In this document: piece after piece, positions 30,321-44,501 of the stretch
Layout: each line of letters opens with the position of its first letter
How positions within the stretch are numbered: the first letter of the stretch is position 1
Assembly: GCF_028368995.1 (NCBI RefSeq)
Contig: NZ_JAQNDL010000002.1
Location: 352,001 to 416,000, forward strand
Origin: Nannocystis bainbridge
GTDB lineage: Bacteria; Myxococcota_A; Polyangia; Nannocystales; Nannocystaceae
DNA length: 64,000 nt
Direction: 5' to 3'
Translations under genes and position numbers: made by a program
Notes under the pieces: generated by a model
Databases searched by the model: none
Told to the model about the DNA's origin: nothing
Seen by the model: only the letters and a program-made list of their open reading frames with translations

Positions 30321-32442
30321 CGCGCGGCGGCTCCGGGTCGACGCCGCGCAGCAGGAGCAGGGTCCTGGGCGGGAGCCGGGCCAGGTCGCCGCCGGCGATC
30401 ACGCCGCGAGCGTCGTCGTCGGCGGTGTCGAGGAGGCGCTCCCAGGTGGCGTGCAGCGACGGCAGCACGAACTCGACGGGATCCTGGCCGCCGTTGAGGA
30501 CCAGCAGGAGGTCATCGTCGCGGATCGGCTCGCCGTCGTCGTCGACGTCGTCGACGCCGCGGCCGGCGAGGAACATGCCGAGGCTCTGGGTGGTCGGGCT
30601 CTGCCAGTCGTCGTCGGACAGGCCCTCGCCGTCCGGCCGGAGCCACAGGATGTCATGGACGTCGCTGCCGCGGATCTTGCGGCCCTTGAAGAACTTGGAC
30701 CGCTGGAGGGCGGGGTGCTCGTGGTAGATCCGGATGGTCCGCTGGACGAATCGCAGCAGGGCCCGCCGGTCGTCGTCGAGGTCCCAGTCGTACCAGCTGA
30801 TCTCGTTGTCCTGGCAATAGGCGTTGTTGTTGCCGCCCTGGGTGCGGCCGATCTCGTCGCCGCCGGCGATCATCGGCGTGCCCTGCGACAGCAGCAAGGT
30901 GGCCAGGAAGTTCCGCTGCTGCCGGCGCCGCAGCGCGAGCACCCGCGGGTCGTCGGTCGGGCCCTCGGCGCCGCAATTCCACGACAGGTCGTGATCGCTG
31001 CCGTCGCGGTTGTCCTCGCGGTTGGCCTCGTTGTGCTTGTGATCGTAGGCGACGAGGTCGGCGAGGGTGAAGCCGTCGTGGGCGGTGACGAAGTTGACGC
31101 TCGAGTAGGGGCGGCGGCCGTCGTTTTGGTAGAGGTCGCTGCTGCCCGAGAGGCGATAGCCGAGGTCGCCGGCGACGCCGCCGTCGCCGCGCCAGAAGGC
31201 GCGCATGGTGTCGCGGTACTTGCCGTTCCACTCGGCCCAGCGGACCGGGAAGTTGCCGACGTGATAGCCGCCCTCGCCGAGGTCCCACGGCTCGGCGATC
31301 AGCTTGACCTGGCTGATGACCGGGTCCTGGTGGATGATGGTGAAGAAGGACGACAGCTGGTCGACCTCGTAGAGGCCGCGCGCGAGGGTGGCGGCGAGGT
31401 CGAAGCGGAACCCGTCGACGTGCATCTCGAGCACCCAGTAGCGCAGCGAGTCCATGATGAGCTGCAAGGTCTGCGGGTGGCGGACGTTGAGGCTGTTGCC
31501 GGTGCCGGTGTAATCGTAGTAGTAGCGCGGGTCGCCGGGCACGAGCCGGTAATAGGTGGGGTTGTCGATGCCGCGGAAGCTGAAGGTCGGGCCGAGGTGG
31601 TTGCCCTCGGCGGTATGGTTGTAGACGACGTCGAGGATGACCTCGATGCCGGCCCGGTGCAATGCGCGCACCATCTCCTTGAATTGCTGGACCTCGGCGG
31701 CGACCTGCGCGCCGCTGCGGTAGCGCACGTCGGGGGCGAAGAAGCCGATGGTGTTGTAGCCCCAGTAATTGCGCAGGCCGCGGTCGAGCAAGAACTTGTC
31801 GTCGACGAATTGATGGACCGGCAGCAGCTCGACGGCGGTGACGCCGAGCTGGGTCAGATGCCGCACGATCGGCGGGCTGGCGACGCCGAGGTAGGTGCCG
31901 CGCAGCTCGGGCGGGACCTCGGGGTGGCGCATGGTGAGCCCCTTGACGTGGGTCTCGTAGATGATGGTCTTGTGCAGCGGGACGTGCGGGCGCGCGTCGT
32001 CCTGCCAGTCGAAGCCGGGATCGATGACGACGGCCAGCGGGACGCCGTAGCTCTCGCGCGGGTTGGCGAGCAAGTCGCGGTCAGGGTTGTCGCTGGCGAT
32101 GTCGTAGGAGAAGGTGCCGTCCTCCCAGCGGGTGACGCCGCTGAAGGCCTTGGCGTACGGGTCGGTGAGGAGGTTGCGCGGGTTGAAGCGCAGGCCCTCC
32201 TCGGGGGCCCAGGGGCCGTAGACGTGGTAACCGTAGAGCTGGCCCGGACCGACGCCCTCGACAAAGGCGTGCCAGACAAAGGCGGTGCGCTCGCGCAAGG
32301 GGACGCGCTGCTCGCCGCCCTGGTCGTCGACGAGGACGAGCTCGACGCGCGAGGCGTGCTCGCTGTAGAGGGCAAAATTGACGCCGGTGCGACCGTCCCA
32401 GGTCGCTCCGAGCGGATAGGCATTGCCAGGTCGGACGCGCAT
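30313..32442 (-). CDS. glgX: glycogen debranching enzyme
   Basis: [65 protein letters not shown]. Confidence 0.96.
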   Translation of the reverse strand: MRVRPGNAYPLGATWDGRTGVNFALYSEHASRVELVLVDDQGGEQRVPLRERTAFVWHAFVEGVGPGQLYGYHVYGPWAPEEGLRFNPRNLLTDPYAKAFSGVTRWEDGTFSYDIASDNPDRDLLANPRESYGVPLAVVIDPGFDWQDDARPHVPLHKTIIYETHVKGLTMRHPEVPPELRGTYLGVASPPIVRHLTQLGVTAVELLPVHQFVDDKFLLDRGLRNYWGYNTIGFFAPDVRYRSGAQVAAEVQQFKEMVRALHRAGIEVILDVVYNHTAEGNHLGPTFSFRGIDNPTYYRLVPGDPRYYYDYTGTGNSLNVRHPQTLQLIMDSLRYWVLEMHVDGFRFDLAATLARGLYEVDQLSSFFTIIHQDPVISQVKLIAEPWDLGEGGYHVGNFPVRWAEWNGKYRDTMRAFWRGDGGVAGDLGYRLSGSSDLYQNDGRRPYSSVNFVTAHDGFTLADLVAYDHKHNEANREDNRDGSDHDLSWNCGAEGPTDDPRVLALRRRQQRNFLATLLLSQGTPMIAGGDEIGRTQGGNNNAYCQDNEISWYDWDLDDDRRALLRFVQRTIRIYHEHPALQRSKFFKGRKIRGSDVHDILWLRPDGEGLSDDDWQSPTTQSLGMFLAGRGVDDVDDDGEPIRDDDLLLVLNGGQDPVEFVLPSLHATWERLLDTADDDARGVIAGGDLARLPPRTLLLLRGVDPEPPRDT

Positions 32443-32917
32443 GGCAGGCCTCGCTGTCACGATCGCGGGAGGACGGTGAGGGAGGCGCGCGGGGGGAGAT
32501 CGACGGGCTTTTTCGCGGGATGGAGTCGCTGGGTCATGTCGGTCCGTGGCCTGTCGCGCCTGGGTCCGGTGAGAGACGTGGCGAGAAATCCGAGGCGAGC
32601 AAACACTGTCCGGGATTCGCTCGCCGGCGGCAGTCTGGGCGGCACGGGTCAGGCTTTCAGCGGTGACAGGATGCGGTTGGCGTGAGGCGCGCGGAGCCCA
32701 GCGCGGAATATGGGCCGGCGTTTGGTGGTGCGATGGGGTGCTGCGCGTGCCGAGCGCGAGCCGCGGGGTTCGAGCTGCGGGAGCTCGGTCTGGCCACGGG
32801 TGCACCGGGTCGCGGTCGCAGGCCCCGCCTGCTGGCTCGGGTTCGATGGCTCACCGTGGTGGTACAGGGCGGCGGCTGATTCGGACGCGAGCGCACCCGG
32901 CGGCGGACGGCGGAGGC

Positions 32918-33166
32918 ATGGAAGGGCGTGTCAGGGGCGCAGAACAGGTGACTTCGCGGGACACCGTACATCTGCTGCAGCGGCTGACGTTCCTACTCTT
33001 CATCTTCTACCCGGGCTGGTGGACGAAGGCGCTGGGCGTGTTGGGCATCCTTGGCCTTACCACGCTGGTCCGCGTATCTGCGCGCCGCCGTCGACTGGAT
33101 TCGTCGCTGGGTCGGGTGCTTGCTGCGGGGCCTAAGGACGCCCTCGATGACACTGACCATGAGTGA
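32918..33166 (+). CDS. small hypothetical membrane protein (possibly a remnant)
   Basis: Two hydrophobic stretches. Lower GC. Its 3' part is duplicated at ~35376-35524. Confidence 0.35.
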   Translation: MEGRVRGAEQVTSRDTVHLLQRLTFLLFIFYPGWWTKALGVLGILGLTTLVRVSARRRRLDSSLGRVLAAGPKDALDDTDHE

Positions 33167-33312
33167 CGGGCAATCGTACGAACTCGCCGTGCTTGGAAGC
33201 AATGCGAATCGACGGGCGCCTCGGTCGTCGACGCCAGGTCTGCGGGCTGGCGACGCAAGCGGCAGGTCGTAGGGACTCGGCGGGACGCCGCGCGCGAACA
33301 CCAGCGCGCGGC

Positions 33313-33350
33313 GCCCTTGCGACATGTCTTTTGGAGCATGTCGCAAGGGC
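33313..33350. repeat. 14-bp inverted repeat containing two CATG boxes; possible terminator
   Basis: GCCCTTGCGACATG-N10-CATGTCGCAAGGGC. Cores 33323 and 33337. Between convergent genes. Confidence 0.8.
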
Positions 33351-33377
33351 AACGTACAGAGTACGTCGGGGCTCGCG

Positions 33378-34280
33378 TCAGGGGTTGATGATCGTGTACG
33401 GGGTCCAGGCCAGGCCCCAGCCGTAGTCAGGGTCGACCGGCGGGTCGTTGTTGACGAAGTTCGACAGCCGGCCGCGGTAGCGCGCGCCGCCGGGGTGGTA
33501 CGCGTAGAAGGTGTAGGCGTCCTGCTGCGAGTTCGGGGCGGCGTCGAGGAAGTGGGTCTCCACGGTGCTCCACACGCCGCTTTGCAGCTTCTCGATGCGC
33601 AGCCACTTGTCGTCGACGTCTTCGCTGCCGTTGTGATCGGCGACGCAACCGCCGATCCAGGTCTTGGTGTTGGGGCTGGACCCCGGGGCGAAGTACAGCG
33701 GCGACGCGAGGTACTCCTGCACGTAGTGGTCGGCGGCGTCGTACTGGCTGAGGGGGTTCAGGTCGGCGTGCCACGAGTTGACCCAATTGGTGGCAGTGCA
33801 GTAGCCGCCGATCGGGTGGAAGCCCTCCTCGCTGAGGTCCTCCGGCGACATCGTCACCCGCGGGTTGGCCTTCAGGGGCCGCGGCGGCTGCTTGGCGACC
33901 TCGTCGTGGTGCAGGGTCAGGCGCGCGAGCACGGCCGGCTCGTCGCCCTCGGCGGCGAGGTAGATCTCGAGCGGGGTCGGGTCCTCGGCCTGGACCTTGA
34001 TCAGCGCCGACGGTTGCCGCGCGCTGCGGGTCTCCAACACCGCGATGCCATCCTCGAGGTCGAGGAAGGTGAGCCGCGCCCCCTGGGCCCCCTCGATCGA
34101 GGCCAGCACGGTGCCGATCGGCTCGTCCGACACCGGCGCGTCGTCGGCGTCGAACACCACCTCATTGTTGCTCTCCGGCGCCGTGTCCGGGTCACACGCG
34201 GGCGCCAGCACCAGCGCACCCACAGCCACCTTGGTCATCATCCGCGAAACAATCGATTGCATCGTCATTGGTTGGTCCAT
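33378..34280 (-). CDS. hypothetical lipoprotein
   Basis: MMTKVAVGALVLAPAC signal/lipobox-like sequence. The true start may be a downstream Met. Confidence 0.7.
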   Translation of the reverse strand: MDQPMTMQSIVSRMMTKVAVGALVLAPACDPDTAPESNNEVVFDADDAPVSDEPIGTVLASIEGAQGARLTFLDLEDGIAVLETRSARQPSALIKVQAEDPTPLEIYLAAEGDEPAVLARLTLHHDEVAKQPPRPLKANPRVTMSPEDLSEEGFHPIGGYCTATNWVNSWHADLNPLSQYDAADHYVQEYLASPLYFAPGSSPNTKTWIGGCVADHNGSEDVDDKWLRIEKLQSGVWSTVETHFLDAAPNSQQDAYTFYAYHPGGARYRGRLSNFVNNDPPVDPDYGWGLAWTPYTIINP

Positions 34281-34461
34281 TCACGAGATGCACGACGATG
34301 CGAGCGGCCTATCCGCGAGCGATCGTCGGTGCGTCAGACTCGTGGCTGGTTGAGCAACCGACGTGCCGCAAAATTGTCGAATAAAGTCGCGGCACCGCGC
34401 GATGGACCGCGAGCGAGGGCCCCATGGGGCCCCATGGGACACTCGCTCGCCATCTGGCCGA

Positions 34462-34803
34462 TCACTTCTTCGCGGGCGGGTTGTTGTCGCGACCGCCTCC
34501 CGACTCGTTGCCGCCGCCGCCCTGTTTGCCGCCGCCACCCTGAGTACCGCCGCCCTGTTTGCCGCCGCCCTGGTTGCCGCCGCCCTGGTTGCCGGCGTTG
34601 GCCTGGTTGCCGCCGACCTGCTGGTTGGCGTCGCTGGGCTGACTGCCGCCGGTCCGCGGATTTGTATTCGTGAGTTGGTCGTTGCCCTGGTCGCCGCCGG
34701 ACGGGTTGCCGCCGATGCCTTGATTGGCGTCGCTGGGCCGGCTGATGTCGGGGCCCTGATTGGCGTCATTGGGCTGATTTTGGTTCGGACCGTTGTTGCT
34801 CAT
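34462..34803 (-). CDS. N/Q/G-rich low-complexity hydrophilin-like protein
   Basis: GGAGGAAG SD, PxDANQ x3, xQGGG repeats. Confidence 0.7.
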   Translation of the reverse strand: MSNNGPNQNQPNDANQGPDISRPSDANQGIGGNPSGGDQGNDQLTNTNPRTGGSQPSDANQQVGGNQANAGNQGGGNQGGGKQGGGTQGGGGKQGGGGNESGGGRDNNPPAKK

Positions 34804-34923
34804 GGGTGCTCTTCCTCCGGGGAGAGAACCGTGGTGCGGGTCGGGGCGAGCGGCAAGCCGATCCGGGGATCAACGGGAGCTACGCGAGGGCGCCGTCGAC
34901 GAGGCCGGTGGGCGCGGTAGTGT

Positions 34924-35322
34924 TCAGCGGGCTGGGCCGCGGACGAGGACGCGGCCGCGGGGCGGGGCGGCGGGGGTCGACGTCGTCGTCGACGCATTGT
35001 TGCCGACGCCCTGGCAGCGCGGGCAATAATAGGTGGTGCGGCCGAGGGTGCCCTGGCGGCGCATGGCGATCGGGGTGTTGCAGCGGGGGCAAAGCTCGCC
35101 CGAGCGGTTGTAGACCCAGGCGTTGGCGCCGCCGCTGTCCCATCGGGTCTTGCGCGGGCCGGCGCCGAGGTTGCGGCGCATCCATTTGCGGGCCTCGATG
35201 GTGGTGAGCGTGCGGCCGACGGGCGCGACCTCGGGGATCACCGATTCGAAGCGGGTGACGGTCTGGCCGACCATGACCTGCAGGCGGGCCGCGACCTTGA
35301 AGAGGGTGTCGCCCTCGGGCAC
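34924..35322 (-). pseudogene. internally deleted duplicate of the nei/fpg gene
   Basis: Near-identical to 36862-37129 joined to 37588-37722. In-frame 462-bp deletion at a GCGG microhomology. About 4 substitutions. Confidence 0.88.
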
Positions 35323-35357
35323 GGGTCAGCGCCTCCTCGCGCCGGGGCGCGGCGGGT

Positions 35358-35738
35358 GTGTCGTGTCGCCCCTTCGTCCGCGTATCGGCGCGTCGCCGAC
35401 GACTGGATCCGTCGCTCGATCGGGTGCTTGCTGCGGGGCCTACGGAGGCCCTCGATGACGCCGACCAGGATGACGAATCGTACGTCACCACACGTGACAG
35501 CAATGCGAATCGACGGGCGCCTCGCTGGCGGGACCACGAGGTCGGCCTGCGCCGACACAGCGGTCGGCCGCCGTGCCCGGCGCCTCGATCATTTCTTGGC
35601 CGGGTTTGCCTGCCGTTCTGCGACCTCACCGAGCCGAACACCTGCCCCGGCCAGGGCCTGGCGTGCGTCGCCTGGTACGAGGCGGGTCACGAGCCGCCCG
35701 GCCTCGAGGACGTCGGCCTCTGCGCCGTGATGCCCTGA
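35358..35738 (+). pseudogene. chimeric remnant: fragment of the 32918-33166 locus fused to the C-terminus of a Cys-rich lipoprotein family
   Basis: VRVSARRRRLD.SL.RVLAAGP is shared with the 32918 ORF. Ends in CLPFCDLTEPNTCPG..CVAWYE..PPGLEDVGLC. Confidence 0.5.
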
Positions 35739-35762
35739 TGGGGCGCGGTGCGAGGCCGGCGG

Positions 35763-36164
35763 CTATCCCGTCGCGCGCGCGCCGGACGACGGACGCGCGA
35801 GCGCGGCCGGGAACATGCCGAGCGCGATGCACAGCGCCTCGCCGGCCTCGACCAGATCGTCGATCAGCATCTCGTCGCCGACCGCGCTGTAGACGATCCG
35901 GCCCGCGTAGTTGATCATGTCGGTCCCGGCGTAGAGCTGCTGCGTCACCACGTCCGCCGCGACGCCGTCGAGGTCGAGCGCGTTGGGGAGCAGGCGGTTG
36001 AACTCGGCCATGTCCTCGCCGTTGTAGGCCATGTTGCCGGCGAGGTACTGCACGTGCTGGGTCTGGGACCCGAGGTTGGCGCCGAGGAAGTTGTAGCGAA
36101 TATTGGTATTCGCGACCTCGGCGACCCACTGGTTGTCGATGATCTGAATCAGCAGAGCAGGCAT
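35763..36164 (-). CDS. hypothetical protein
   Basis: GAGGAG SD overlaps the upstream stop. Typical codon bias. Confidence 0.75.
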   Translation of the reverse strand: MPALLIQIIDNQWVAEVANTNIRYNFLGANLGSQTQHVQYLAGNMAYNGEDMAEFNRLLPNALDLDGVAADVVTQQLYAGTDMINYAGRIVYSAVGDEMLIDDLVEAGEALCIALGMFPAALARPSSGARATG

Positions 36165-36173
36165 GGTATCTCC

Positions 36174-36635
36174 TCAGGCGTCCTGGATGGTGACGGTCAC
36201 CGACAGGCTGGAGTGCGACGAGGTCGGCACGGCGGTGATCTTGAAGCCGAGGCTCGACGGCCAGGTGTAGTTGTCCGAGGGGTCGGAGAGCTGCACCCAA
36301 TTGATGTTGCTGTTGTCCAGCGACGAATCGTTCATGTGGTACCAGTAGGGCCGGTCGCCCATGCCGATGACCTGCATCCCCGCCCACAGCTTGATGCCGA
36401 ACCGCTGGCTGCCGTTGTTCCAGCAGCACCAGATCCCGGCGTCGCCGTCGGCGATCGAGCCGCCCAGGTCTTGCTGGTATTGGAGGACGCCCGAGCCCGC
36501 ATAGGCCTGCAGCGAGGTCGGCGGCTGCTGGCTGATGCCGGCCACGCCTGCCTGGGTCTGCCACCCCATCACGTCGCGTTGCCACTGGGTCGAGGAGTAG
36601 TTGGTGAAGATCGCGGTCAGTACGGTGTTGGACAT
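36174..36635 (-). CDS. hypothetical beta-rich protein, possibly actinoporin/fungal fruit-body-lectin/aegerolysin-like
   Basis: AGGAG SD. 153 aa, Trp/Tyr/Ser/Gln-rich with alternating beta patterns and no signal peptide. The fold is a guess. Confidence 0.65.
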   Translation of the reverse strand: MSNTVLTAIFTNYSSTQWQRDVMGWQTQAGVAGISQQPPTSLQAYAGSGVLQYQQDLGGSIADGDAGIWCCWNNGSQRFGIKLWAGMQVIGMGDRPYWYHMNDSSLDNSNINWVQLSDPSDNYTWPSSLGFKITAVPTSSHSSLSVTVTIQDA

Positions 36636-36861
36636 GGTGCGCTCCTGTTCGGCGCTGCGGTGATTCATCCGCCGCGCGCCGCCTTGCCTGGGGAGTCGCG
36701 GGCCCCTCCGTTTTGATCAGACCGCGATACGATTTTTTTTCGCGTCGGCGTGCGCGCCCAGCGCCGCGAGCCGGGCGTCGAGCTCGGCGACTGCGGCGGC
36801 GCTGCCGGCCACCCGGGCCGTGGCCGCGCGGGCCTCGACCAGCGCCGCGCGGGCCGGGGTT

Positions 36862-37722
36862 TCAGCGGGCTGGGCCGCGGACGAGGACGCGGCCGCGGGG
36901 CGGGGCGGCGGGGGTCGACGTCGTCGTCGACGCATTGTTGCCGACGCCCTGGCAGCGCGGGCAATAATAGGTGGTGCGGCCGAGGGTGCCCTGGCGGCGC
37001 ATGGCGATCGGGGTGTTGCAGCGGGGGCACAGCTCGCCCGAGCGGTTGTAGACCCAGGTGTTGGCGCCGCCGCTGTCCCATCGGGTCTTGCGCGGGCCGG
37101 CGCCGAGGTTGCGGCGCATCCATTTGCGGCCGGCTTCCAGCAATCGTCGAAGGGTCGGATCGTCGTACTCGCCGACGGGCTTGAACGGGTCGAGGCGCTC
37201 CATGAACAGCAGCTCGCTCTTGTAGACGTTGCCGAGGCCGGCGACGAGGCGCTGGTCGAGCATGGCCTCGCCGAGCGGGCGCTTGGGGTCGTTGCGCAGG
37301 CGCTCGAGGGCGAGCGCGACGGTCTGGTCAGGATCGTCGGGGCCGAGCAGGTCGGGGCCGAGCGCGGACAGCACGGGGTGGTGCTCGACCTCCCAGGCGC
37401 TGAGCCACTCGACGACGGGGGCGTAGAAGCAGACGGCGAGCCATTCGGCGGTGCCGACGACGGCGCGGGCGGCGGTGGCGGGCTTGCGCCACGCGACCTG
37501 CGGGCGATAGAGGTGCCAGCTGCCCTCCATGCGCAAATGGGTGTAGAGCGCGTGGGTGGCGTCGAACCAGATGAGCAGGTTCTTGCCGCGGGCCTCGATG
37601 GTTGTGAGCGTGCGGCCGACGGGCGCGACCTCGGGGATCACCGATTCGAAGCGGGTGACGGTCTGGCCGACCATGACCTGCAGGCGGGCCGCGACCTTGA
37701 AGAGTGTGTCGCCCTCGGGCAC
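36862..37722 (-). CDS. nei: Fpg/Nei family DNA glycosylase/AP lyase (endonuclease VIII-like)
   Basis: N-terminal PEGD, ARGKNL, HLRMEGSW, LGPDLL, LDQRLVAGLGNVYKSE (H2TH), CPRC..CPRCQ zinc finger. Confidence 0.93.
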   Translation of the reverse strand: MPEGDTLFKVAARLQVMVGQTVTRFESVIPEVAPVGRTLTTIEARGKNLLIWFDATHALYTHLRMEGSWHLYRPQVAWRKPATAARAVVGTAEWLAVCFYAPVVEWLSAWEVEHHPVLSALGPDLLGPDDPDQTVALALERLRNDPKRPLGEAMLDQRLVAGLGNVYKSELLFMERLDPFKPVGEYDDPTLRRLLEAGRKWMRRNLGAGPRKTRWDSGGANTWVYNRSGELCPRCNTPIAMRRQGTLGRTTYYCPRCQGVGNNASTTTSTPAAPPRGRVLVRGPAR

Positions 37723-37725
37723 GGG

Positions 37726-42213
<4,488 letters not shown>

Positions 42214-42342
42214 GCCTGAATGTGGCCGAGTTGGCTGCACATGCAAGCAGCGGCGCCGGCGAGCCCAGCCGTGGACGCGCGGGAGAGCGGCGCGCACGGC
42301 CCGGCGCGGCGGCGCGGCGTCGTGATCCTCACTCGCGGCGGG

Positions 42343-43563
42343 TTACTTCTTGCGGCCGGTCTTGTAGCGCGGGTTGCTGTCGTGCCACTCGAACGCGCCG
42401 CCCATCCACCCTCGCAGGCCGCGCAAGAACCGCTGCAGCTCGAAGGACGGGACGCCCTGCATGCTGCGGTGGGCGGCCTCGAAGTCGCGCACGAGTTCGT
42501 TGTGGAGCTGGACGGTGACCTCGGTGGCCTCGTCGAGGGAGCAGCCGCGATCGGCGGCGACCTGCAGGACCATGTTGCACGGCGGCTTCTCGTCCTCGAG
42601 GTCCTTGGCGACCGAGTAGAGGTCGTTGACGAGGACGACCGCGGTGCCGGCCAGGAACGCGGCGCGACGGACCCGCGCGTCGTAGAAGAGGTCGGCCGGC
42701 AATCGATAACCGCCGATGACGTCGCACAGCGTCATCGAGGTGTAAAAGCTGTCGTGCTGGCGCGCGGCCAGGTACTTCCAGGCCGGCGGGTACTCGCCGG
42801 TGTGCCGCCAGGCCGCGTAGGCGCTCCACGACACGAACATGGCGAAGGTCGCGTAGCAGGTGCGCTGGACCTGCTCGTGGCTGGCGTGGCGGCCCATGTG
42901 CTCGAGGCCCGAGCGCAGGGCCACGAGCACCCGCTCGTCGTCGATGGCCTGCTGCAGCGGGACGCTGAACTCGCCGGCGCGCGGCAGCGGATCCATGGCG
43001 GCCATCGCCAGCACGAGGCGCGGCGGAAGCTGCTCGGGCACGGCCCCGAGCGCGCTGTCGTCGGCGTAGTAGTCGTCGGCGGCCCACCACGCGGCGTTCA
43101 GCTTGGCGCCGATCAGCAGCCGCTCGGGATCGTCGCAGTCGGGGTGCGTGAGCATGACCAGCCGGCCGAACCGGGTCTTGCGGATCTTGACGACCTCGTC
43201 GTCGTCGAAGCCGCACTCGCTGGCCCACGCCGCCAGGCGCTCGTCGACCACGTCGGCGAGCGGCTCGTTCAAACGCTCGGTGATCGGGCAATACAGCGGC
43301 GAGCCGGTGCCGTCGCCCCACGGCCGCCAGGCGTACGCGGGATCGAGGCTCGGCTGCGGCGCCGGCGGGTCGAGGTCGCCGGCGCGGGCGCGAGTCAGCA
43401 ATTGCGCGAGGCGAGCGGCGGAGGTGCCGAGGCCGCTCGGGCCGGCGAAGAGGGCGGTTACGTCGTTCGGGTCCGTCATGCGCTTGGCCTCGGTCATCGC
43501 TCGCTCGCGTGGCAAAAGAAGGTCGCCGGCCGGTATGTGCATACCGACCGGCGACGCCGTCAT
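42343..43563 (-). CDS. 2-methylisoborneol synthase (class I terpene cyclase), encapsulin cargo
   Basis: DDYYADD, NDLYSVAKD (NSE-like), C-terminal RY, N-terminal GPSGLGTSAAR. Adjacent to a GPP methyltransferase. Confidence 0.9.
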   Translation of the reverse strand: MTASPVGMHIPAGDLLLPRERAMTEAKRMTDPNDVTALFAGPSGLGTSAARLAQLLTRARAGDLDPPAPQPSLDPAYAWRPWGDGTGSPLYCPITERLNEPLADVVDERLAAWASECGFDDDEVVKIRKTRFGRLVMLTHPDCDDPERLLIGAKLNAAWWAADDYYADDSALGAVPEQLPPRLVLAMAAMDPLPRAGEFSVPLQQAIDDERVLVALRSGLEHMGRHASHEQVQRTCYATFAMFVSWSAYAAWRHTGEYPPAWKYLAARQHDSFYTSMTLCDVIGGYRLPADLFYDARVRRAAFLAGTAVVLVNDLYSVAKDLEDEKPPCNMVLQVAADRGCSLDEATEVTVQLHNELVRDFEAAHRSMQGVPSFELQRFLRGLRGWMGGAFEWHDSNPRYKTGRKK

Positions 43564-43564
43564 G

Positions 43565-44431
43565 TCAGCGGACGATCCGGTCCGCGACGATCAGGAGGTA
43601 GTGGAAGCTGCCCTCCTTGTAGGCGCGCAGGAACGGGTCCTCGACGCCGGTGGCGACCGACGCGTGGGTCCGCAGCTCCCAGTACGGGATGGTGTCGGGG
43701 GTCAGGTCGGTGACCTCGATCGGCACCAGGTTGTTGGCGGCCATCGCCTTGAAGTAGTCGCTGCGCGGGTGGATGTTGCAGATGTACTTGGCGTCGATCT
43801 CGCTGACGGCGCGCGAGCGGCCGCCGGTGATGTCGTTGTAGCAGCCGGTGATGCAGACGTAGCGCCCGCCGTCCTTCAGCAGCCGCGAGAACTCGGCGTA
43901 CAGCTTGAACAGGTCGACGTACATCGTGGTCTCGTTGGTCCAGATGGCGTCGATCGAGCCGGTGTCGATGCCGGTGTCGAGCATGTTGCGGAAGTGGTAC
44001 TTCAGCTTGTCGCCGAGCCCGCGCTTGGCGGCCTGCTCGTTGGCGAACCCGACCTGATACTCGGAGATGGAGACGCCGTCGACCTGGCAGCCGAACCGCT
44101 CGTGGGCCATCAGGCTGGTGCCGCCGCGGCCGGAGCCGGCGTCGAGCAGGCGGCTGTCCTTGGTGATCGGGCCGAGCTTGCCGAGCAGGTACTCGGCCTG
44201 GGCGTGCTCGAGCCGGTGCAGCTCGCGGATGATGCTGTCGTCGCGCTTGGCCTCGGGCTCCTCGAGCACCTTCCAGTTGACGGGGCCGATCCCGTAGTGG
44301 TGGTGATAATAGCCGTCGACGTGGCCGAGCAGCAGATTGACGGGGTCGTTCTGGTTGGTGTTCCAGTAGTTGGCGACCGACTTCTGGTATTCGCTGCGCA
44401 GGACGGTGGGAGCCTGAATGGGCGTATTCAT
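43565..44431 (-). CDS. geranyl diphosphate 2-C-methyltransferase
   Basis: YQKSVANYW, YHHHYGIG, LDAGSGRGG, NETTMYVDL, YICNIH, PYWELR. Confidence 0.92.
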   Translation of the reverse strand: MNTPIQAPTVLRSEYQKSVANYWNTNQNDPVNLLLGHVDGYYHHHYGIGPVNWKVLEEPEAKRDDSIIRELHRLEHAQAEYLLGKLGPITKDSRLLDAGSGRGGTSLMAHERFGCQVDGVSISEYQVGFANEQAAKRGLGDKLKYHFRNMLDTGIDTGSIDAIWTNETTMYVDLFKLYAEFSRLLKDGGRYVCITGCYNDITGGRSRAVSEIDAKYICNIHPRSDYFKAMAANNLVPIEVTDLTPDTIPYWELRTHASVATGVEDPFLRAYKEGSFHYLLIVADRIVR

Positions 44432-44501
44432 GATCGTCTGTTTCTCTTTCGTTGCGCTGTGACGAGGCGCCCCGAGACGGCGCCTGCCTCGGCGAGGGCG
44501 C

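Noticed and set aside
34421-34438. CCCATGGGGCCCCATGGG palindrome as a CATG-box member
   Set aside because: The CATG spacing is 10 bp rather than 14. Possibly an unrelated hairpin.
36717-36860. Short ORF remnant downstream of nei
   Set aside because: No credible start or motif. Overlaps nei in another frame.
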